The notes beneath the pieces were generated by a model. It was not told where the DNA came from. It worked only from the letters and a program-made list of their open reading frames with translations, and did not search any database. Positions 10,888-22,850 of a DNA stretch of 27,596 bases are shown here, piece after piece; the first letter of the stretch is position 1, and the number at the start of each line of letters is the position of its first letter. Source of the DNA: Chiloscyllium plagiosum (taxonomy: Eukaryota); assembly GCF_004010195.1 (NCBI RefSeq), contig NC_057751.1:18863543-18891138 (forward strand). The letters are read 5' to 3'. The position numbers were made by a program, and so were the translations under genes.

Positions 10888-13800
10888 GAGTCACAGAGTC
10901 ATAGAGGTGTACAGCCTCGGTCCAACTCGTCCATATTGACAGGTATCCCAACACAATCTAGTACCACCTGCGAGCACCCAGCCCATATCACTCAAAACCC
11001 TTCCTATTCATATACCCATTAAGATGCCTTTTAAATGTTGCAATGGTACTAGCCTCTACCACTCCCTCTGGCTACTCATTCCATATATGTGCCACTCTCT
11101 GCGTGGAAAATTTGCCCCTTAGGAATCTTTTATATCTTTCCCCTCTCACCCTGAACCTATGCCTTCTAGTTCTGGACTCCCCCATCTTCAGGAAGAGATT
11201 TTGTCTATATATCCTATCCATGCTCCTCATGATTTTATAAACCTCTATATGGTCACCCCTCAGCCTCTGACCCTGCCGGGAAAACAACCTTATTCAACCT
11301 CTCCCTGAAGCTCAAATCCTCCTGTTGTAATCTAAGGTACCCTTCCTCACTGTCCACTACACCTCCAATTTTAGTGACATCTGCAAACTTACTTGTTATT
11401 CTCACATCCAAATAATTTTATGTAAATGATGAAAAGTAGTGGACACAGCATCGATCCTTGTGGCACTCCACTGGTCACAGGCCTCCAGTCTGCAAAATAA
11501 CCCTACACCACCACTCTCTGTCTTCTTCATTTGCGCCAGTTCTGTATCCAAATGTCTAGTTCACTCTGTATTCCATGAGATCTAAACTTGCTAACCAGAC
11601 CCCTATGGGGAATCTTGTTGAACGCTTTACTAAACTTCATATTGATCACGTCCACCATTCTGCCCTCATCAATCCTCTTTATTAGCTCTTCAAAAAAACT
11701 CAATCAACTTTGTGAAACATGATTTCTACCGCGCAAAGCCATGTTGACTACCCTTAATTTGTCATTGCCTTTCCAAATACATGTACATCCTGTCTGTCAC
11801 TCCAACAACTTGCCCACCACCGACGTCAGGCTCACTGATATATAGTTCCCTAGTATGCCCTTACCATCTTTCTTAAGCAGAGGCACCACATTAGACAACC
11901 TCCAGTCTTCCAGCACCTCACCTGTGACTATCGATTATGCAAATATCTCAGCAAGTGGCCCAGCAATCACTTCCAGAGCTTCCCACAGCGTTCTAGAGTG
12001 CACCTAATCAGGTCCTGGCAATTCATCCATTTTCATGTGTTTCAAGACATGCAGCATTCCCTACTCTGTGAATGGACATTTTTCAAGATGTCACCATCTA
12101 TTTCCTTACATTCTATACCTTCTGTGTCATTTTCCACAGCAAACACTAATGCAAAATGCTCGTTTAGTATCTCCCCCATCTCCTGTGGCTCCACACAAAT
12201 GCCACCTTGCTAAATCATTGAGGGGCCCTGTTCTCCCCCACGTTTGTCTTTTGAACTTCATCTATTTGTAAAAACCCTTTGGATTCTCCTTAACTCTAAT
12301 TTCCAAAGCTATCTCATGTCCACTTTTTGCCCTCCTGATTTCTCTGTTAAGTATACTCCTACTACCTTTATTCAATCTACCTTGTCTACCTGACAGATGC
12401 TTCCTTCTTTTTCCAAACGAAACGTTCATTTTATTTTAGTCCTCCAGCATTCCCTACACCGACCAGCCTTTCCTTCCACCCGAACAGAAATCTATTCTCT
12501 CTGGACTCTCGTTACCTCATTTTTGAGGGCTTCCCCTTTTCCAGCCATCCCTCTACCTGTGAACATTTGCCCAAAAATCAACTTTTGAAAATTCTCGCCT
12601 AATCCCGTTAAAATTTCTCCAGTTTAGAACTTAAACTTTTATATCTGGTCTGTCCTCTTCCATCTCTATTTTAAATCAAATAGAGTTGTAGTCGCTGGCC
12701 CCAAAGTGCTTCCTCAGTGACATCTCAATCACCTGCCCAAACTTATTTCCCAAGAGTTGGTCAGGTTTTGCACCTTCTGTAGTAGGTACATCCAAAGTTG
12801 AATCAGAAAATTTTCTTGTATGGCAGTCCCAGTCTATGCCTGTAAAGTTAAAATCCCCTGCCATAACCACGCTATTATTTTTTCTAGATACCTGAGATCT
12901 CCTTACAAATCTGTTTCTCAATTTTCCTCTGACTATTAGGGGGTTCATAATACACTACCAATAAGGTGATCATGCCTTTCTTATTTCTCAATTCAAACCA
13001 AATACCTTCCCTGGATCTATTTCTAGGAATATCCTCCCTCTGTACAACTGTAATGCTATCCCTTCTTTAAAAGAAAGCTACTCCCCTATCTCTCTTGCTT
13101 CCCTTTCTATCCCTTCTGTATGATTTGTATCCTGGAATATTAAGATGCCAGTCCTGCCGATCCCTGATTCACGTTTCTGTAAACCCAGTCCCATGTTACT
13201 CACCATGATCTGAGTTAGTCTGCCTAACGTGTTAGCCCTCTTGCATTGACATAAATGCAGTTTAATTTATCAGTTCTACCTTATTCTCCGTTTTGTTCCT
13301 GCCTGCCCTGACTGTTTGACTCGCTTCTTTAGTCAACACTACCAGTCTCAGATTGATCTCTTTCCTCACTACTTCCCTGGGTTCCACCCCCCACCTTAAT
13401 CGTTTAAATCCTCTTGAGCAGCTCTGGCAAATCTCCCTGCCAGTATATTAGTCTCCTTCCAATTCAGATGCCACCCAACATTCTTTTGCAGGTCACTTCT
13501 ACGCTATAAGAAATCGCAATGATCCATACACTAGCTCCTCAGCCATGCATTCATCTGCTCTATTCTCCTATTCCTACTCTCACTAGCTCGCAGCACCTGC
13601 AGTAATCCAGAGATTACTACTCTCGAGGATCTCCATTATAAATTCTTGCCTAACTATCGAGAGTACCTACAGTGTGCAAACAGGCCCTTCAGCCCAACAA
13701 GTCCACACCAACCCTCCGAAGAGCAACCCACCCACCTATTCACCTACATTTACCCCTTCACCTAACATTAGGGGAAACTTAGCATGGCCAATTCATCTAA

Positions 13801-14215
13801 CCTGAACATTTTTGGACTGTGGGAGGAAACCGGAGCACTTGGAAGAAACCCACGCAGACACAGGGTGAATGTGCAAACTCCACACAGACAATTACCTGAG
13901 GCGGGAATTGAACCTGGCGCTGTGAGGCAGCAGTGCTAACCACTGTGCCACCGTGCCACCCACAAATTCTGTATTCTCCCTTCACAATGTCATCCTTTTC
14001 CCATTGATTCAAATGTTTACAATGACATTCTGCTCGTCCCTCTCCCCCTTGAGAACATTCTGCAACCTCCCTGAGACACTCTTGATCCTTCTACCAGGGT
14101 GGCAACGCACCATTCTGATTTTTCACTGCTGGCCACAGAAACGTCAGTCGATGCCTCGGTCCAGAGAGTCCCCGAACACAATTGATCTCTTGGAACCTGA
14201 CGTCCCCCTCATTGC
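10888..14215 (-). mobile_element. Long decayed CR1 LINE (ORF1 esterase region, APE endonuclease, RT, 3' tail), interrupted by a SINE
   Basis: (ACTCTATG)-type tail at ~10888-10905; C-terminal GDHIEVYKIM..FSTQRVAHIWN (11072-11287); KFADVTK (~11370-11390); endonuclease GDFNF..IDW (12676-12948); ORF1 IVFGDSL (~14163-14185). Many stops. Confidence 0.9.
13661..13957 (-). mobile_element. tRNA-derived SINE, HE1/V-SINE-like, nested in CR1
   Basis: Minus strand GGCACGGTGGCACAGTGGTTAGCACTG (A box), GGTTCAATTCC (B box), GTGTGGAGTTTGCAC..GCGTGGGTTTC core and CR1-like tail; close copy at 25741-26047. Confidence 0.88.
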
Positions 14216-14269
14216 ATATGTAGGCTGATCACAGATACCTATAAGAGTTATAGAGTTATGAAAGGTAAC

Positions 14270-14370
14270 AGGGGATTTTAACTTTCCAATGATAGGCTGG
14301 GACTGCCATCGTGTTACAATTCAATGGGGAGGAATTTAAGAGTTCAAGAACACTCTCTCAGTCAGTATAT
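14270..14370 (+). mobile_element. Short CR1 endonuclease fragment
   Basis: GGGGATTTTAACTTTCCA..TGGGACTGCCAT (GDFNFP..WDCH), matching the reverse complement of ~12820-12860. Confidence 0.6.
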
Positions 14371-14560
14371 TTCCTGCACATCTAAACAGCTCATCTATTG
14401 TTTCCGTTGCACTCAATGTGGTCTCCTCTACTTTGGGGAGACAGAACGCCAACACAACAACATCTCTGAGGGGCACGCAGAAAAAAACCCACCACCTGTG
14501 GCCGGCCACTTCAATTCTTCTTCCCTCTTCGCCACGAAAATGTAGGTCCTTTTTTTCCAC
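14371..14560 (+). mobile_element. Penelope-like GIY-YIG endonuclease fragment
   Basis: SCTSKQLIYCFRCTQCGLLYFGETER..PVAGHFNS, homologous to 25635-25740. Confidence 0.8.
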
Positions 14561-14949
14561 ATACCAAATGGTGTCTCAACATCTAATTCAGGGATTAGTG
14601 TCTGGTGCCTCTAGGAAAGTTAACTGAAAATGCTGCAGGTCCACATGCAATCAGAAAGATTGATTTTCATCTGACTCAATATCATTTGCCTGGGAATAAA
14701 ATCGCATTCTTTCCAAGTACTGGGCCCAGTTCTTGACAGCTACATCAATTGAGTCAATCTTCCCAAATAGAGGCATAATGCCAGAGATCCTTACCCCAAC
14801 TCCAAGATGACAGTTGTAAGCCAACCTTCTTCGGGTCGGTCTTGTTTTCTCCCGCGTGCAGTTATGTCAGTGCCAGAGGCCAGGTCCCGTCATTAAGTTA
14901 CCCTATATTTACTTGTGTACATGTGAGGTGGTCCCCAAATGAGGAGATT

Positions 14950-16318
14950 ATAAGACCATTAGACCAGAAGACATAGGAGTGAAAGTAAGGCCATTCGGCC
15001 CATCGAGTCCACTCCGCCATTTAATCATGGCTGATGGGCATTTCAACACCACTTTCCCGCATTCTCCCCGTAGCCCTTAATTCCTTGTGACATCAAGAAT
15101 TTATCAATCTCTGCCTTAAAGACATTTAGTCTCCTCCCCTAACGGAAACAATTTCTTAGCGTCCACCCTTTCCAAGCCATGTATTATCTTGTAAGTTTCT
15201 ATTAGATCTCCCCTTAACCTTCTCAACTCCAATGAGTACAATCCCAGGATCCTCAGCTGCTCCTCGTATGTTAGACCTACCATTCCAGGGATCATCCGTG
15301 TGAATCTCCGCTAGACACGGTCCAGTGCCAGTATGTCCCTCCTGAGGTGTAGGGCCCAAAACTGGACACAGTATTCCAAATGGGGCCTAACCAGAGTTTT
15401 ATAAAGTCCTCAGTACTACCTGCCTGTCCACTTATCTTCGTATCATTAGCAAACTTCGCTAGAATGCCCCCAGTCCCTTCATCCAGATCATTAATATATA
15501 ACGTGAACAGCTGCGGCCCCAACACTGAACCCTGTGGGACACCGCTTGTCACCGGCTGCCATTCCAAAAAAGAACCTCTTATCCCAACTCTCTGCCTTCT
15601 GTCAGACAGCCAATCCTCAATCCATGCCAGTCGCCCACCTCGAACACCATGCGCCCTCACGTTACTCAGCAGCCTCCCGTGTGGCACCTTATCCAAGGCC
15701 TTTTGGAAGTCTAGATAGACCACATCCACTGGGTTTCCCTGGTCTAACCTACTTGTCACGTCTTCAAAGAATTCTAGCAGGTTTGTCAGGTTCGACCTCC
15801 CCTTACTAAATCCATATTGACTTGTTCTAATTTGACCCTGCTCTTCCAAGAATTTAGAAACCTCATCCTTAACGATGGATTCTAGAATTTTGCCAACAAC
15901 TGAGGTTAGGCTAATTGGACTATAATTTTCCATCTTTTGTCTTGATCCTTTCTTGAACAATGGGGTTACAACAGCGGTCTTCCAATCATCCGGACTTTTC
16001 CTGACTCCAGTGACTTTTGAAAGATCTCAACCAACGCCTCCGCTATTTCCTCAGCCACTTCCCTCAGAACTCTAGGATGTAGCCCATCGGGGCCAGGAGA
16101 TTTGTCAATTTTAAGACCTTTTAGCTTTTCTAGCACTATCTCTTTTGTAATGGCAACCATATTCAATTCAGCCCCCTGACTCCCTTTAATTGTTGGGATA
16201 TTACTCATGTCTTCCACTATGAAGACTGACGCAAAGTACTTATTAAGTTATCCAGCTATTTCCTTATCTCCCATCACTAGGCTTCCAGCATCAGTTTGAA
16301 GTGGCTCAATGTCTACTT
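14950..16318 (-). mobile_element. Younger 5'-truncated CR1 LINE with internal deletions (RT domain)
   Basis: ORFs 15966-16217 (KSPGPDGLHPRVL) and 15292-15960 (PISLTSVVGKILE, YLDFQKALDKVPH, GVPQGSVLGP, KFANDTK with mutated catalytic DD); repeat tail ataagacc/attagacc/agaagac at 14950. Confidence 0.93.
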
Positions 16319-16324
16319 TTTCCT

Positions 16325-17150
16325 ATCGTTTGTTCCATTTGTATTGAAAGAAATACAGAATCAGACCTTGCGTTTCCAAACGCATGTACGTGCTATCTCT
16401 CAGAATCTTCCTACCTACTACAGATACGAGACCTCTTGGTATTTTGTTCCCAGGTTTCTCTTCACAGCCCTTCTTTGATAATGTCACAATGTTCGCTATA
16501 ATCCAGTCCACTGGGTTCTCACTCGGAGCTACTGATGGTGCAAATCATCCTGGGCCCTCGCAATTGCTTCTGCCAACTCTTGCTGTATTTTTGGAAATAT
16601 CTAGTCGTGACCAGGCTATCTATCCACCTTAATACATTCTAATACGTCCAAAAGCTCCTCTACTGCGATATGAACTCTCCCTAAGATATCACTTCCAACT
16701 TCCCCAAGTTCACAGGTCTTCATGTCCCTCTCCATGGTAAACACGAAGGAGAAATATTCATTAATGGGCTCACCCATTTGCTGTGGTTCTTCCAGGCATG
16801 TTCACTTCGGAGCTGTAGGGTTTCCATTCTCTCCCCAGTTATTCTTTTTTTCCTTTTATATACTGAAAGCATCTCCTTATATTCAGCCTAATTTTCTCAA
16901 CCAAGTCTATTTCGTGCCCCCTTTACGCCATACTGTTTCTTTTTTTTTCAGTACCTTCAGATTCCCATGATCCCAGAAGCCTGTATCTGAGCCATTCCTC
17001 TTTTTTTCTGATCGAAAGTTTAATATCGATTGTCATCCTTCCTACTCTGCCCTTCACCCTCCCAAGAACATATGCGCCTTCAAATCCAGCTATCAAACAT
17101 TTAAAGGCCTCCTGCTTCCTTGAGGTCCCTTTGCCTTCAAAGAAGCTATG
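16325..17150 (-). mobile_element. Old CR1 ORF2 fragment (linker to RT N-terminus)
   Basis: ORF 16323-16511 DWIIANIVTLSKKG..PGN..SVVGRKILRD; upstream NEYFSFVFTME (~16733-16765). Confidence 0.7.
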
Positions 17151-17164
17151 AAAGAGTGAATATT

Positions 17165-17525
17165 AAGATGCCTGGGATCTGAGATAAAAAGTTTGGTGCT
17201 GGAAAAGCACAGCCGGTTAATCAACATCAGAGGAGCAGGAGAAGCTCTTAATCAGGAATGTGGGGATTTGGAGGTTTTGCCAAGGAGGATCCGAGATAAA
17301 TGGCCAGAGGTTCAGGCTCGTGGGGGGAGCTGTGGGAGAGAGACTTACTGAGATCCTTGAGGGAGGAGGAGATCTTCGTCAAGGTGTGTATCCTTGGAAG
17401 ATAAATTCCTGATGAAGAGCTTATGCTCGAAACATCGACATTCATGTTCCATGAATGCTGCCTGATTGGCTGTATTTTGTTCCAGCGCCATATTTTGACT
17501 CTAATATCCAGCATCTGTAGCTCTG
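17165..17525. mobile_element. Penelope-derived element with inverted terminal-repeat fragments
   Basis: 17165-17260 (TGGTGCTGGAAAAGCACAGC..GAGGAGCAGG..ATCAGGAAT) is the reverse complement of the repeat at 17405-17525 (ATTCCTGATGA..TTCCAGCGCCA..CCAGCATCTG); both match 26269-26385. Confidence 0.72.
17405..17440 (+). ncRNA. Minimal type I hammerhead ribozyme motif
   Basis: ATTC-CTGATGA(17409-17415)-A-GAGC-TTAT-GCTC-GAAAC-ATC-GA; intact core boxes and 4-bp stem II. Confidence 0.62.
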
Positions 17526-17559
17526 AGTTTCTCGTAGTTGAATATAAACTTACTGCAAT

Positions 17560-18480
17560 GCACTTTCCAACGATGCCCACTTCGAAAATGTTTTGTGATA
17601 AAGTTATCCCTTCATTACTCCTTTTAAAAGCTTTCCCCTCTCACCATAAACCTGTTACCTCCACATTTGCACTCCCCTGTCCTTGGGAAAAGAACTTGAC
17701 AATTCACTGTAACCGTGCTCCTCATAAGTTCACCCCTCATTCTCCGACCAACAGAGAAAACAAACACACAGTATTCATCCTCTCCCTACAGCTCATAACC
17801 AGCAAAAGTGGCAACATCCTTGTAAATCTTCTCGAAGTCGTTTCATGTTTCACAACATCTTCCTGTTAGGAGGGGGACCGGACTATTCCAGAAGTGACCT
17901 CAACAATGCCCTGCTTCGCTATAACATAACTTGTGAACAGCTATACTAAATGTAGTGATCAATAACGTCAAGCGTATCAAATGTCTTCTTCACTACCCTG
18001 TCGACCCACTAGTCCACTTTCAAGGAACTATGAGCCTGCACCCCAAGGTTTCTTTGCTCGTCAACACTCCGCAGAAACTTACTATTAAGTATATAACCGC
18101 TGCCCTGATTTATCTTCCAAAATTCAGCACTTCACATTTATTTAAATTAAACGCCAACTGCCAGTCATCGGCCATTTGAGGTATCTGATCAAGGTCCCAG
18201 TACACTCTGCAGTAACCTTCTTTGTTGTCCGCTGCGCGACCAATTTTGGTCTCATCTGTAAACTTGTGAACTTCTTGCATTCACATCCAAATCATTTAAT
18301 TCGATTTTAAAAACCGGTGTCCCAGCACCGAACCTAGCATCACTCTGCTGGACACTGGCTTCCAGTCTGAAAAACAATCCTTCACCACCATTTTCTATCT
18401 TCCATCTTTGAGCCAATTGTATATCCAAATTTGTAGTTTTCCCTGTATTTGATGTGATCTAGCCTTATTAATCTTCAGCT
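17560..18480 (-). mobile_element. Old CR1 3' fragment (RT C-terminal part)
   Basis: CR1 motifs ggcaacatccttgtaaatctt, accaattttggtctcatctgtaaactt (KFTDETKIG on minus), ggtgtcccagcaccgaacc; heavily decayed. Confidence 0.7.
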
Positions 18481-19417
18481 ATTAGCTCCAACCGCCAGTC
18501 ATCAGACTCCAACTCAACAGAACTTTGACAACACGCCCAAGCGAGGAAAGCCGCATACCACACACCTCTGAAAGTTACAGAATTATCACGCATGTCAGAT
18601 CAAAGTTAATGGTCTGTGGATTTCTACTTAGATCACATTGGTTGTGCAGTATTTATGCAGTCAGTTGCACAATTCAAACACAGCGTTACGTACAGTCATG
18701 CTTCAATCTTTTGAAATTTATCAGGGAAGGGGATTTCTGTTGATGAATGTAGAACTGGGCCCCTAGTGGGTAAAGCAGCTGTAGTTTTGCTGTTATTGTT
18801 TCGATGGAATTTATCAGAAATTGGAAAACCCAACTGTCAAAAGATGGAAAAAGTTTGACTACTTTTTAGTTCTTAATTGTACAACATGTGAAGTAATTGT
18901 ACGAAATTTCCTTCAAGCTAAGAGGAGATTGTACGTGGATGATTATGGAGCAAAACTTGCCAATGAGGTAAAAGCCAAAGGTGGGGTTTGGGAGAATAAG
19001 AATCTAGATGCGTGAATATGCTTTTCTCAGTATGCAATTAAAGTGTGGAACAGGCTACCACAGAAAGGTGCTGAAATCAGGCGGAATGGTCAGATCAAAA
19101 ATATACTAAGTAGTGCATTCAATTCTCCAGCACCTTTATTTATTATCTCCTGGCAAGTTTACTTATTTGCAGCAAAAGCATGTATTTTGTCTTAAACATT
19201 TGAACTGAATCTCCTCTGAGTAGCTTTGGGGGAATGCACATGAATAGCACTTCCCCAATCTAATTGTCAGAACACTGATTTCAAAATAGTGCCGCATCAC
19301 ATTTACAGTGCTGGCGACGTCATTTGTTCAGCTATTCCACATGCCATACTGTTCATTTGATGGAAATCTTAAATCCAACCACTGGACATATGCAGACGAG
19401 GATATTGAGTATGCTTA

Positions 19418-20621
19418 TTAATTTTTATCTTTAATGTTTTGAATAATTGATTTAAGTGGATATACCATTGCTTTCATAAGCTGATCCGTGAATTTGGACT
19501 GAGTCACTGCATAAATCACCTCGTTTGCACAACAGCTTAAAATCCATAGTATCAATCTCACATCCATAAAAACATAAGCGTTATTGATATTGTACCTGGG
19601 ACTAATTCCTGTAATGGTATAATATAAGAAATGCAGAGTATGCGTCAATCATAAAAGTGTGAAACTGCCAAGCATAGTAAGACTAACACCATGGCCTTCC
19701 TTCTCATCTGCATCTCTGACTCACCGCGATTTGATCACAGGTTCTGACTTTTCAGTATCTTACGGACTCAGCTAGCCAATTAAATATCATTGACTGTCAC
19801 AGCACTCAGCACCATAACTAATACGAATGTTTTTAATGGTTTAAAAACTTCGAACCAGTCATATCACATTCATCCTGGCTTCGTGTAACAGCTTTCAGAG
19901 GCATGGTAGAACATAGAACGTAGAACAGTACAGCACAGAACAGGCCCTTCAGCCCACGATGTTGTGCCGACCACTGATCCTCATGTATGCACCCTCAAAT
20001 TTCTGTGACCATATGCATGTCCAGTCGTCTCTTAAATGTCCTCAATGACCTTGCTTCCACAGCTGCTGCTGGCAGCGCATTCCATGCTCTCACAACTCTC
20101 TGTGTAAAGAACCCGCCTCTGACATCCCCTTTATACTTTCCTCCAACCAGCCTAAAACTGGGAAATAGTCTCTGGCTATCGACTCTATCTATGCCTCTCA
20201 TCATCTTGATAAGTGGTAGCGTGTTGATTTTTTTTCTCCTGTTCCAAATTAAAACTACATCAGAACATTCTTTATTCAGAGCACAATGCCAATTGCGGGA
20301 AGCAAGATGGCTACGCTTTTGTCAGTGCAGCATTTAATTTTCAGCTTCTGGCAAAAAATTCCCACAAATAGATGAAAAGTGAAAGTGACAGTGAAACAGT
20401 CTGACCAGTCTGCGGATACATGAATAAGAACAGTAAATCCAGTGCAGACATAAGGTCTAATTAGTAAAATCCTGGGTGATAGTAAACATTGATTCGCCTC
20501 ATCATGACATCAAATATAATAATCAGGAGTTCTGTCACTGTTATGGCCACCAAGTATCGAGTGATAAAAGTCGTGAGTCCGCACTCACCATGGAAGAGAA
20601 TGACAAAGGCCACCAAATTTG
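19418..20621 (-). pseudogene. GPR139-like pseudogene, exon 2
   Basis: Aligns to 8043-8953 (C-terminal ORF 19418-19648: LHFLYYTITG..ILSCCANEVIYAVTQSKF). Acceptor AG changed to AA (20622-20623), DRF changed to HLF, TGA stops at 19864-19866 and 19870-19872, indels and a CR1 insertion. Confidence 0.93.
19910..20213 (-). mobile_element. Short CR1 3' end inserted in the pseudogene coding exon with 6-bp TSD
   Basis: ORF 19995-20204 RGIDRVDSQRLFP..FFTQRVVRAWNALP; (TTCTATG)-type tail; TGGTAG at 19904-19909 and 20214-20219. Confidence 0.92.
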
Positions 20622-21399
20622 TTGCAAGACAAGGGGAAGTAATGCTGAGAATTGCTATTTAAATCCACCTGTTGCGAAATGCATGGCTTTACATTCTGAA
20701 TGCCTTTTTTTGTTCAGGAGGGATTCAATCGATTTTAATTTTAACCCTCTGTTTATTCAACAAGGAATATGATAAAACTGCTGCAGGAGGTAGAAATGAG
20801 AATGGGCATAAGCGGGCAGAAGAAAGTGATCTCACCCAACCCTGTAAAGCTAACGATAGAATTGAAGAATGGATAAGAATTCAGCGTGAAAAATGCTGGG
20901 AGACAAAGACAAAATGCCAAATAATACGTGCTTTCATTCACCAGAAAACGCTGAAACACTTTGCGTGGAAGAGTCAGATAACTGATTAAAAATAACAAAA
21001 ATGACAAACAAAAGTTCTAATTCATAAATATTCCATTCCTGCATAACAAAATCGGTGGGGTACCGACACCATTATTAGATATTGATCAACAGTGGTATTA
21101 GTTTCAACAGACAAGAGACTTGTTGACATGATACCTAGATTTGAAATGGCTTTATAGGTAACTATAGCACAAGACTGTAGAAACCTTGACCAGATCTTAA
21201 ACAGCAATCCATCAAAAACTACAAGTTGCATGACTTTAACATTTAGAGATGTATTCAACGTGTGACTGCATTTGAAGCACAGGTGAAACACAGAAAATGC
21301 ACATGGAATTTGAGAGAAAAAATGACTGGAAACATGGATTAAACTGAATCGAACCATATAATGCTGGCTTCTGCGAGGAAGAATGAAGTGGAATTGTCT

Positions 21400-22365
21400 T
21401 CATAGAGTGGGAGAGTAACACAGCTTGGAAACGGGCCCTTCGCCACAAACTGGTCCATGCTGGCCATGGTGCCCGTGCAGTTAGTTTCAATTGCCAGGGT
21501 TTGATTCATATACCACTAAATCCTTGACATCCTCGGACCTATCAAAATGCCTTTTTAGATGCTCCAATTGTATCAGCCTCAACCACTTTCTCTGGTAGCC
21601 CATTCCATATACACACCAATCTCTGCATGGAGAACTTTCCCCTTAGGTCCTTTCTAAATATTTCCCCTCTCACCTTAGTTTTCATTTCATATCCCTGGGG
21701 GAAAAAAGAACTACCTGCATTCATCCTATCAGTACCGTCATCATTTGACACATCTCAATTATGCTATGCCTCATTCTCCTACGTTCCAAGGAATATAGTC
21801 CTATTCTGACTGAACTCTCCAATTAAACGAGGCACACTAGTTCTGGTAACATTATTGTAATTTTTCCTTGCACTCTTCCCAGTTTTACTATGCCTTTCCC
21901 ATAACAAGGTGAACAATACTCCAAGTGCGTCCTCAACAATGACTTATGCAACTGGAACCTAATTTCCCAACTACTCGACCTCGTCAATGCGTCGATCAAT
22001 GACGGTTCGCATGCCAAATGCGTTATTGACCAACCTGTCAATCTGTGACACTGCTTTCACTGAACTATGTGCTTGTTCTTCTCATACCCTTTGTTCCAAA
22101 ACATTACTCAGGACCTTAGCAGTTACTGCAGAAGTCCTACTTTGGTTTTACTTCCAAAGTGCGTTAACTCACACGTCTCTGTATTGAGTTCTATTTTCAA
22201 ATCCCCAACCCTTTTCCCTATCTGTTCAATTTGCCTCTGTAATTTTGAATAATGTTCCTCACTATCAATGATACTTTGAATTTTGTATGATTCACAAATG
22301 TATAAAATCTGCCTTGTACATTCTCATCCAGATCATTTATGTAAATAACAAATAACAAAGGTCTC
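21400..22365 (-). mobile_element. CR1 3' fragment in the pseudogene intron
   Basis: ORFs 21542-21751 (FSMQRLVCIWNGLP) and 21823-22041 (RTHLEYC..LGRVQ); absent at the aligned site (~6640) of the intact gene. Confidence 0.85.
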
Positions 22366-22734
22366 GGCGCCATCGATCTTTTGATATTGCAAAATAATAT
22401 TTAAGGTATGCACGCGAACAGATCATTAACAACAACAAACAGGTGATGAAAGCATTAAAATGCAAACAAAGCAAACGAGTTCGAGATCAAAAGTAATTGA
22501 AACCATACATTGAAGAGTTGTTAAATAATTTAATATGTGATAATATAGTAGAAAATATGTAATATTGGATGCAGTGCATTTTCCATTTTCAAACAAAATG
22601 TCTTTTCATGTATTCCTGTCAGGTAACATCAATATATTTTTCTCCGTTCCCTCACAGTTACCATTTGAATAATGTTTTCATGTCGTCATTCTTGCAATGA
22701 TTCACACAAAGAAAACTAAAATTAAAATACAATA

Positions 22735-22850
22735 CCAACGATGCTTGAAACCTGAATCAAGAACGGAAAGTCTAAAATAAATACATAGTATTTCACGCTG
22801 CATCAGTGAAGAAAGAAACAGAGTTCACGTTCAGATATCACCCGGTTTTG
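22735..22850 (-). mobile_element. Highly decayed Penelope-type terminal-repeat fragment
   Basis: atgcttgaaacctgaa..gcatcagtgaagaaagaaacagagttcacgtt resembles the common shark repeat related to 17165-17260; a similar relic lies at ~6075-6135. Confidence 0.35.

Noticed and set aside
13900..13957. tRNA-like A/B boxes (also 25986-26047) as tRNA genes
   Set aside because: No full cloverleaf and followed by SINE core and tail; these are SINE heads.
14719..14730. Short palindrome ACTGGGCCCAGT
   Set aside because: A 12-bp palindrome is expected by chance in a window this size.
15292..15960. 222-aa reverse transcriptase ORF as an active enzyme or prokaryotic retron/group II intron RT
   Set aside because: Typical vertebrate CR1 RT, truncated, internally deleted and with FADD changed to FAND.
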